From contig CAZJXT010000002.1 of the NCBI GenBank assembly GCA_964550225.1, positions 1 through 32,365 of the forward strand: 32,365 nucleotides of DNA, given 5' to 3'. Shown here piece after piece: positions 25,918-32,183 of the stretch (positions are counted from its first letter, which is position 1; each line of letters opens with the position of its first letter). The position numbers were made by a program, and so were the translations under genes. The notes beneath the pieces are model-generated. The model saw only the letters and a program-made list of their open reading frames with translations. It ran no database searches and was not told the origin of the DNA. Source of the stretch: an uncultured Candidatus Saccharibacteria bacterium. Its GTDB lineage: Bacteria > Patescibacteriota > Minisyncoccia > Phycocordibacterales > UBA1006.

Positions 25918-26790
25918 ATGAGCAAAAATTCTTCGATTTTTATTTTCTTTACAACCTGTGCGTTAATCTGCGGGATTATTGGATATAAAATTATAATAAT
26001 TAAATCATTATCTCAGACACCTACACCCACCTCCTCTCTTCCAATTCTTATCGAAGAACCTGTAGCAAAAGATGAAGATATTACCAAAGCGCACTTACCA
26101 ACAAATGAAAACGCTCCTAGTGAAAAACTATCTCCTACTTCACAAGAAAAAACTCCACCAAAACCAATCTGCCCTAAAAGCCCTCTTGAGCAAATTGATG
26201 CATGGCTTAAACCTTTAGGAATTTCTACAGGATTAACGATTGGATATATTCCGAATAATCTCGTACGACTATCTGATTATGTTGTAACATCGAATACAAC
26301 TATTTGTTTAAATGCTTCAGCTGCCTATCGATTGCAATTAATGACCCAGGCTATGAAACTTGAAAAATTATCAATTGTTGTTTCATCGGGTTATCGTCCT
26401 GCAAGCTATCAAGAACGCTTGTATATCCAATCGGAATCCACTCGCGATCTGTTGATAAATCCCTATCCATCGGTAGCTGCTCCAGGACATTCGGAACATC
26501 AATTAGGTATGGTAGTCGATGTAGTTGCTAAACCTAATTATACTCTTGCTGATTTTAAAAATACCAAGGAGTATGAATGGATGAAAGAAAACGCATGGGA
26601 GTATGGATTTATTCAAAGCTATCAAGAAGGAAAAGAAACTATCACTGGCTATATTGCCGAACCATGGCATTGGCGTTATGTAGGGCTCGAACATGCAAAA
26701 AATATTCACGAACAAGAAATCACAACATATGAATATTTACAACAACTTGAAGAAGAAGTCGAGAAATCAACATCTCATGAAAAAAAATAA
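25918..26790 (+). CDS. D-alanyl-D-alanine carboxypeptidase, peptidase M15B (VanY-like), membrane-anchored
   Basis: Motifs SGYRPASYQ, HSEHQLGMVVD and EPWHWRYVG, with an N-terminal TM helix and a Pro/Thr/Ser linker. The alternative start is 25909. Confidence 0.88.
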   Translation: MSKNSSIFIFFTTCALICGIIGYKIIIIKSLSQTPTPTSSLPILIEEPVAKDEDITKAHLPTNENAPSEKLSPTSQEKTPPKPICPKSPLEQIDAWLKPLGISTGLTIGYIPNNLVRLSDYVVTSNTTICLNASAAYRLQLMTQAMKLEKLSIVVSSGYRPASYQERLYIQSESTRDLLINPYPSVAAPGHSEHQLGMVVDVVAKPNYTLADFKNTKEYEWMKENAWEYGFIQSYQEGKETITGYIAEPWHWRYVGLEHAKNIHEQEITTYEYLQQLEEEVEKSTSHEKK

Positions 26791-26816
26791 AAACACCTCA
26801 CAATAAGGTGTTTTTA
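26788..26816. terminator. Bidirectional intrinsic terminator (VanY-like / SMC-like)
   Basis: ACACCT-CACAATA-AGGTGT hairpin flanked by an A-run and a T-run, between convergent genes. Confidence 0.7.
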
Positions 26817-29030
26817 TTTCGCCACTTTTACAGCTTCTTCAAATTTAATTGATAGCAATGTCGAACAATCATCCATTCCCAATGTCACTCCGTACAAAAT
26901 ATCTGCACGTGACATGGTTTCGCGATTATGGGTCACTACCACCAACTGAGTTTGTTTTGCTAGATTTTCAATCATATCACCATATTTCTGACTATTCGCC
27001 TCATCCAATGCCGCATCCGTTTCATCCAGTACCAAAAATGGTGGTGGGTTTACTTGAGATAGTGCAAACAGTAATGCGATTGATGTGAGACTTCGTTCAC
27101 CTCCTGAAAGCATTTCGAGATCTTTTACTTTTTTACGAGGAAGCGATACATCAATATCAATTCCCTGCTCTTTTTCCTGATCTTCTTCATCATCTAAAAT
27201 AATTTCATTTCCGTCTTCGTCTGTTTCATTTTTCTTTTTACGTTTTTCAATAGTTACCAAAGCCAACCGAGCGTCTCCTCCGCCAAACATCAGTCTGAAA
27301 AATGTTTCGAATTCTTTATTGATTTTTACAATACCTGCATTAAATTCTAGTGATAGTTTTTCTTTTAATTCTTTAATGGTTGATTCCAATGTTGTAATTG
27401 CAGTAGTAAGATCTATAATTTCTTTTTCGAGGAATTGATCACGAGTAACCGTTTCATCAAATTCTTGCATCACGTCTCCTCCTCCTCCACCACCCATATC
27501 TTCCAAACGAATTTTCATACGTTCGATATCATGATGCATCGTTTTCAAAAGACTCTCATCTATTGTCAGAGACATATCAAGATACTGATTTTTTAAATCA
27601 AGAATTTTTGATCCGATCATGTGTTCAGCCTGGATATATTCCTCGACTAATGCATGAGATCGTTCATTAAGTCGCACGATATCATTTTCAAGAATGGTTT
27701 TCTGAGCAATGAGATCATTTTTTTGCGCTGACAATGTATAAAAGGTTCTCTCTCGATCACGAAATTGTTCTCGTACTTGATCCATTTCTGATTCAATAAA
27801 TCTCATCTCAGACTCACATTTGATAATACTCGCATCAATATTAATAATTTGCTGTTCGAGATTTTGTTTTGTTTGTTCAAATTCAGTAGTATCTATTGTA
27901 ACCGCAACTGCAGGAGATCCTTGTTTATCTGCAACAAACGATTTTAGTCGAGCAATAATATCAGCTGCACTATCAAAAGAACCTGTTTCTAATTCACGAA
28001 TCAGTGTTTCAATTTCTGAAACAGCAATTGAAACCACTGACTGCTTTGCAGGGATCATGCGTGTTGCCGATTCAATCATTCCTTCCACACGCCCAATTTG
28101 TCGTCCTACATCATCACGAGTACGTGATAATTCACGAATCTGACCTCGCAAATCATTCATTTTTTGTTCGAGTGGTTGTAATGCATGTGACGCTGTGTTT
28201 TTTTCATAATCAAGCAATTCTTTATCGAGTGTTGTAAGTGTATCAATAGTTGTCTGTAGCTGAATAGTTAATTCATGATTTTTACGCGCAATCACAGTTT
28301 GTTCTTGTACGAGATAGGTTGTATAGAGACGCTCAAGAGCAATTTCAATTTCTCGAGCTTTTTCAATTTTCTCTACTTGTTTTTTGAGAAATTTAATATG
28401 GGGCGCCAATTCACGACGAATTGATTCTGCTTCGCGTACATGTTCTCGGGTACGTTCTAATTTTCGTTCAGCTTCCTTAATACGATAATGATACAGTTTT
28501 AATCCCAAAGATTCTTCTAACATTTCACGTCGCTCTGCAGGTTTTGAATTGAGTAATCGATCAGCTTCTCCTTGTGAAATAATATGATGTCCACTTGATC
28601 CAATGTTTACTGATGCGATGAGTTCATGTACATCTTTCAAGCGAACCTCGTTTCCATTTAATAAATATTTATTTGTTCCATCAGAAAATACTTCACGTGT
28701 AATGGTGATTTCATCAAAATCAAGTGAGAGGTTTTGGTCATCAACAGATGGTAATGAAAAAATACGAGTACTGTTATCAAACGTAATAGACACACTGGCA
28801 CGTGACATTTTTCCAATTTGTTTTGATCCTTTAAAAATGAGATCGGCCCCTGTTTTTGAACGCATTGATTTCGTTGATTGTTCTCCTAGTACGAATCGAA
28901 TTGCTTCTACCACGTTTGATTTCCCAGAACCGTTTGGTCCTACAATGGATGTTACGGGTGCAGTAAAATCAAAAACTGCCTTTTTGGCAAATGATTTGAA
29001 TCCATACATTTCCAGACGTTTGAGGGTCAT
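26814..29030 (-). CDS. smc: SMC-family chromosome partition ATPase, abnormally short (738 aa)
   Basis: N-terminal MYGFKSF plus Walker A GPNGSGKSN. C-terminal signature LSGGERSLTSIALLFAL and Walker B FLVLDETDAALD. Heptad-rich middle with no recognisable hinge domain. Confidence 0.85.
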   Translation of the reverse strand: MTLKRLEMYGFKSFAKKAVFDFTAPVTSIVGPNGSGKSNVVEAIRFVLGEQSTKSMRSKTGADLIFKGSKQIGKMSRASVSITFDNSTRIFSLPSVDDQNLSLDFDEITITREVFSDGTNKYLLNGNEVRLKDVHELIASVNIGSSGHHIISQGEADRLLNSKPAERREMLEESLGLKLYHYRIKEAERKLERTREHVREAESIRRELAPHIKFLKKQVEKIEKAREIEIALERLYTTYLVQEQTVIARKNHELTIQLQTTIDTLTTLDKELLDYEKNTASHALQPLEQKMNDLRGQIRELSRTRDDVGRQIGRVEGMIESATRMIPAKQSVVSIAVSEIETLIRELETGSFDSAADIIARLKSFVADKQGSPAVAVTIDTTEFEQTKQNLEQQIINIDASIIKCESEMRFIESEMDQVREQFRDRERTFYTLSAQKNDLIAQKTILENDIVRLNERSHALVEEYIQAEHMIGSKILDLKNQYLDMSLTIDESLLKTMHHDIERMKIRLEDMGGGGGGDVMQEFDETVTRDQFLEKEIIDLTTAITTLESTIKELKEKLSLEFNAGIVKINKEFETFFRLMFGGGDARLALVTIEKRKKKNETDEDGNEIILDDEEDQEKEQGIDIDVSLPRKKVKDLEMLSGGERSLTSIALLFALSQVNPPPFLVLDETDAALDEANSQKYGDMIENLAKQTQLVVVTHNRETMSRADILYGVTLGMDDCSTLLSIKFEEAVKVAK

Positions 29031-29041
29031 ATGATAAAATT

Positions 29042-29050
29042 ATTATAACA
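29042..29050 (-). promoter_or_regulatory. Extended -10 promoter of the SMC-like gene
   Basis: Minus strand TGTTATAAT, then 11 nt to ATG 29030. Confidence 0.55.
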
Positions 29051-29079
29051 AAAAAAGATGCGTGATGCATCTTTTTTTG
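29050..29079 (-). terminator. Intrinsic terminator after rnc
   Basis: AGATGC-GTGAT-GCATCT hairpin flanked by an A-run and a T-run. Confidence 0.7.
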
Positions 29080-29084
29080 TTTCT

Positions 29085-29777
29085 CTAATTCCACCCTTTT
29101 GCCTCGAGCGCATTGCGAGCTGCAGCGGTTTCAGCCTCTTGTTTCGAAGATCCTTTTCCTTCAGCAATTTTTTTATCGCGGAAATAAATCCCTACGGTAA
29201 ATGTTTTGTCATGATCAGGACCTGATTCGTGAAGCACTTTGTATGACGGGGTCACTCCTTCATGCTCTTGAGACATTTCTTGAACCCATGATTTTGCATC
29301 ACGCCACAATCCATGTTTAATAATATTTTCTAATTCTGGAAGCAAATAATCATAGATGAATTTTTTTGCACTGTCATATCCTTGATCTAAATAAACAGCT
29401 CCAGTAAATGACTCAAATGTGTTTGCTAAAATATATGCCCGTGCCTTTCCAGTATCTTTTGCTTCACCTTTTGAAAGGAGTAAATATTCTTCAAAGCCAA
29501 GTTTGCGCGCAGCGTCAGAAATGGTATTGGTATTTACCAAAGCGGCACGATACGCCGTAAGCTCACCTTCAGGTTTATTCATATAGGTTGTATACAAATA
29601 ATCAGTTACGACTAATTCTAAAACAGCATCTCCGAGGAATTCGAGACGTTCATTATGAGGAAGATTGATTCCTGAATTTTCATTTAGATAAGATCGGTGT
29701 AAAAACGCCGTCGTGAGCAAGTCTTTATTCGTAAAAATAATATTAAGTTTTTGTTCAAGTTCGTTAAGATTCTTCAT
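29085..29777 (-). CDS. rnc: Ribonuclease III
   Basis: Signature ERLEFLGDAVLELVV and a C-terminal dsRBD (KGSSKQEAETAAARNALE). Confidence 0.95.
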   Translation of the reverse strand: MKNLNELEQKLNIIFTNKDLLTTAFLHRSYLNENSGINLPHNERLEFLGDAVLELVVTDYLYTTYMNKPEGELTAYRAALVNTNTISDAARKLGFEEYLLLSKGEAKDTGKARAYILANTFESFTGAVYLDQGYDSAKKFIYDYLLPELENIIKHGLWRDAKSWVQEMSQEHEGVTPSYKVLHESGPDHDKTFTVGIYFRDKKIAEGKGSSKQEAETAAARNALEAKGWN

Positions 29778-29791
29778 AATAGGTCTTTTTT

Positions 29792-29820
29792 ACCATATCA
29801 TAATTGTACTTTTTTTCAAA
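29792..29820 (-). promoter_or_regulatory. Promoter of rnc
   Basis: Minus strand TTTGAA-N17-TATGGT with a TGA extended -10. Leader is 14 nt. Confidence 0.5.
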
Positions 29821-29848
29821 GAAAAAAACCGCCAGTACACACTAGCGG
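29821..29848 (-). terminator. Intrinsic terminator after ORF 29873-30601
   Basis: Minus-strand 8-bp stem CCGCUAGU/ACUGGCGG (one G-U pair) with a GUGU loop, followed by a 7-nt T-run. Confidence 0.75.
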
Positions 29849-29872
29849 CTTAAGAAACATTTTTGCTAACGA

Positions 29873-30601
29873 CTACTCACTAGAAATGCCCATGGCATAT
29901 TTTCTAGCAATTTCAAAAGAATCATTTGCGTGGTAATATCTTTCTTGTTTTCTGAAGAAAAAAGTTAGCGCCTCTTTGTGAGTATCCGGGCCTAATTTTT
30001 CGACAGCATTTTCAATGTCTACCTTTACGCGTAATTTTTTAACATCCAAATCAATAGCTTCTAATGTTTTCACATCGGTAATTTGTCTTATAACTGAGTT
30101 AATGTCTTTAGAATTTGGAGAAATTACACTCTGTACATGAAAATAAACTTGCCACAAATTAAACTTATTTGGGCCGGTTTCTTTTTTGTTATAGCGATAT
30201 CCGTCACATATATATCCAAACTTAATTGGATAATATCCTGTTTCTTCTACCATCTCCAAAATTAAACCTTTTTCAGAACCATTTCTTTTTTGATTTTTTT
30301 CATGTTCTAAAATCTGATTCTGAAGTGATTTTGGATATTTCATTTTAACAAGCTCTTTAACAAGCTCTTTAATGAAACAGTCCTGATTGCGCAAACACTC
30401 AACATCAGGAACCCCTCCTGGTAATTTTAACCATAATTTGTTGACTTCCTGCTGATCTTTTACCATTAACAATTTTTGATTTTGATCCAGGAATATTCCT
30501 GCGGCAAAATTACCTTGATGCTGATGCTGTGATGCTCTTTGTTTAAAAATGTCAAAGCTTGAATTAAAATCTTTGAAATTAAGTCTTTTAGTTTGTTCCA
30601 T
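29873..30601 (-). CDS. Nudix-like protein with an interrupted Nudix box, 242 aa
   Basis: AAGIFLDQNQKLLMVKD...LWLKLPGGVPDVE resembles the Nudix N-terminal strands plus GX5E. LEMVEETGY resembles REUXEEXGU but lies about 38 residues further away than canonical. Confidence 0.6.
   Translation of the reverse strand: MEQTKRLNFKDFNSSFDIFKQRASQHQHQGNFAAGIFLDQNQKLLMVKDQQEVNKLWLKLPGGVPDVECLRNQDCFIKELVKELVKMKYPKSLQNQILEHEKNQKRNGSEKGLILEMVEETGYYPIKFGYICDGYRYNKKETGPNKFNLWQVYFHVQSVISPNSKDINSVIRQITDVKTLEAIDLDVKKLRVKVDIENAVEKLGPDTHKEALTFFFRKQERYYHANDSFEIARKYAMGISSE
30347..30370 (-). repeat. 12-nt perfect tandem duplication inside ORF 29873-30601
   Basis: AACAAGCTCTTT appears twice on the plus strand. It encodes KELVKELVK within the Nudix-box insertion. 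Confidence 0.9.
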
Positions 30602-30682
30602 CTTACAGTAGTATTTTTTTATAAAAGAATGTTTTCATCAATAAACCCTCATTCGAGGCGATTATTAATTACTTATAAGAGC

Positions 30683-30711
30683 ATATTAGCATATTATATT
30701 AAATATGTCAA
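30683..30711 (-). promoter_or_regulatory. Promoter of ORF 29873-30601
   Basis: Minus strand TTGACA-N17-TAATAT with a TGC extended -10. Leader is 81 nt and contains a CCTC-GAAT-GAGG hairpin. Confidence 0.7.
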
Positions 30712-30736
30712 TAGTATCATCTCCTCTGGTTCTCAA

Positions 30737-30765
30737 CAAAAAACCCTGTTTTTACAGGGTTTTTT
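30737..30765 (-). terminator. Intrinsic terminator after the nusB-Nudix gene
   Basis: CCCTGT-TTTT-ACAGGG hairpin flanked by an A-run and a T-run, directly after the stop codon. Confidence 0.75.
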
Positions 30766-30766
30766 G

Positions 30767-31672
30767 TTACATTGCCATGATTTTTTCAATCGCCATAGCC
30801 ATCAACTGTGTCACATCGTCATACATGGTTAAATCCATAATTTCAGACATTTCAAACCATTTTGCATCTTTAAGTCCTCCTGATGTTGATTCCAATTTCA
30901 ATGGAACAAACGGAGCTTGTGCGAGAAAATAGTTTACGTGCTTACGAACAGGTCCTCGTTCTGGATGATGAGCAATATATTCATTTTCACCTAACTTTTC
31001 AATGATCGTAATATCGAGACTAATCTCTTCCTTTAGTTCTCGAACAGTTCCCTGCTCTGGTGATTCTCCTTCCTCTATAGTTCCTTTTGAAAGAGTCCAA
31101 TATCCAAAAACATCATATACCATTGCGAATCGAACCGTCCCTGATTCATCTTTTGAAAACACTACAGCTCCTCCTTTTATATCTACTGGATATTGTGATG
31201 GATCAAGTGGAACATGAGGTCGTTTTTTCTTGGAAACTTGATCTTTACCCGGTTCGCCAATTTCTTTATAGATAGCACCTAATACTCCGTTGATAAATGA
31301 TCCTGACTTATCACTTCCAAATGCTTTTCCGAGTTCAATCGCTTCATTAATAGCAACTTTTGGAGGAACTTGTTCACGATCTCCAAATAATAGCTCATAT
31401 AAACCAAGACGTAAGATATTTCGGTCGGTTACTGATATTTTTGCAATAGGCCAATCAGGTGCTGCTTTTTCAATGATTTCATCAAGAACAATTCTTTTGT
31501 GTACAACCCCAGTTGTTGTTGCACGAATAAAATCCGGATTATCAATACCGGATCCAAATTCGCCCAAAATATGATCGAGCGCACCTTCAATACGCGACTC
31601 ATCAAACCCGTTAAAATCGAGTTCGAAAAGAGCTTGCATAATAATTGATCGTGCTAAATGTCGATGTGCCAT
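30767..31672 (-). CDS. nusB: NusB antitermination factor fused to a C-terminal Nudix hydrolase domain (301 aa)
   Basis: Residues 1-137 are NusB-like (LARSIIMQALFELDF, RNILRLGLYELLF, VAINEAIELGKAFG..SFINGVLG). Residues 165-301 or so are Nudix, with the box GTIEEGESPEQGTVRELKEEISL. Confidence 0.85.
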   Translation of the reverse strand: MAHRHLARSIIMQALFELDFNGFDESRIEGALDHILGEFGSGIDNPDFIRATTTGVVHKRIVLDEIIEKAAPDWPIAKISVTDRNILRLGLYELLFGDREQVPPKVAINEAIELGKAFGSDKSGSFINGVLGAIYKEIGEPGKDQVSKKKRPHVPLDPSQYPVDIKGGAVVFSKDESGTVRFAMVYDVFGYWTLSKGTIEEGESPEQGTVRELKEEISLDITIIEKLGENEYIAHHPERGPVRKHVNYFLAQAPFVPLKLESTSGGLKDAKWFEMSEIMDLTMYDDVTQLMAMAIEKIMAM

Positions 31673-31691
31673 AAATTTGAGAAAGAAATAA

Positions 31692-31704
31692 AGGTTAAAG
31701 AACG
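31692..31704 (-). promoter_or_regulatory. boxA-like element between rpmF and nusB
   Basis: Minus strand CGTTCTTTAACCT against E. coli boxA TGCTCTTTAACAA. The core TCTTTAAC is identical. It lies 19 nt upstream of the nusB ATG. Confidence 0.5.
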
Positions 31705-31717
31705 TGAATAAATAAGA

Positions 31718-31927
31718 TTATTTTTTCGCTTTCGCTTGTTTCTTAGCAACTTTTGAAACAACGTCGATAACTTTTCGGCCTTTATACATACCGGTTGTCA
31801 TATCGATTCGATGTCGCAAATGTGTTCCTCCGGTTTTTGCATCAACAACCACCTTAGGCGCAGTAAGCGCGTGATGACTGCGACGATTAGCCGTATGAGA
31901 TTTTGTATGACGCATTCGTACTACCAT
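31718..31927 (-). CDS. rpmF: 50S ribosomal protein L32
   Basis: MRHTKSHTANRRSHHALT...HLRHRI...YKGRKV resembles L32, with a short basic C-terminal tail. Confidence 0.85.
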   Translation of the reverse strand: MVVRMRHTKSHTANRRSHHALTAPKVVVDAKTGGTHLRHRIDMTTGMYKGRKVIDVVSKVAKKQAKAKK

Positions 31928-31937
31928 AATGTGAATG

Positions 31938-31965
31938 AGTATACATGATTAAAAAATAAAAGCAA
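31938..31965 (-). promoter_or_regulatory. Promoter of rpmF-nusB (near-leaderless)
   Basis: Minus strand TTGCTT-N16-TATACT, then 10 nt to ATG 31927. Confidence 0.5.
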
Positions 31966-32021
31966 TACCTCATTCATATTCTTGGGTTATAAGAATATTG
32001 AGCTATTGCTATTATTTAAAA

Positions 32022-32132
32022 CTATTTCTTTTCTCCTCCAGATCCACCTCGATAGAATCCAAAAAAATACAAGATTCCGACAAGGATCACTATTTGGAAA
32101 AATTGATTTGTTACAATTGGTGCTTGTTCCAT
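32022..32132 (-). CDS. Candidate small membrane protein, 36 aa (below the ORF-track cutoff)
   Basis: Translates to MEQAPIVTNQFFQIVILVGILYFFGFYRGGSGGEKK, with one hydrophobic helix. The ATG lies 8 nt after the -10 of a perfect consensus promoter. Confidence 0.45.
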   Translation of the reverse strand: MEQAPIVTNQFFQIVILVGILYFFGFYRGGSGGEKK

Positions 32133-32140
32133 ATGAATAT

Positions 32141-32169
32141 ATATTAGCATATATATCCGTATATGTCAA
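32141..32169 (-). promoter_or_regulatory. Consensus sigma-70 promoter in the rnhB-rpmF spacer
   Basis: Minus strand TTGACA-N17-TAATAT with a TGC extended -10. Confidence 0.7.
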
Positions 32170-32183
32170 TACACTATAAGTTT

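Noticed and set aside
27476-27494. CCT/CCA-rich run encoding GGGGGG in the SMC-like gene, considered as a possible slippage artefact or frameshift site
   Set aside because: The reading frame stays open and conserved SMC motifs continue in frame on both sides. It is kept only as a note within the mini-SMC finding.
26849-29034. Plus-strand ORFs inside the SMC-like gene, including a 143-aa one (28603-29034)
   Set aside because: They are antisense to a gene with clear Walker A, signature and Walker B motifs. They have no start context or promoter.
31982-32179. ORF-track entries 31982-32179 (+) and 31987-32169 (-) in the rnhB-rpmF spacer
   Set aside because: Both span the promoter itself and have implausible composition. 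The 36-codon ORF placed correctly after the -10 box explains the region better, though it is unproven.
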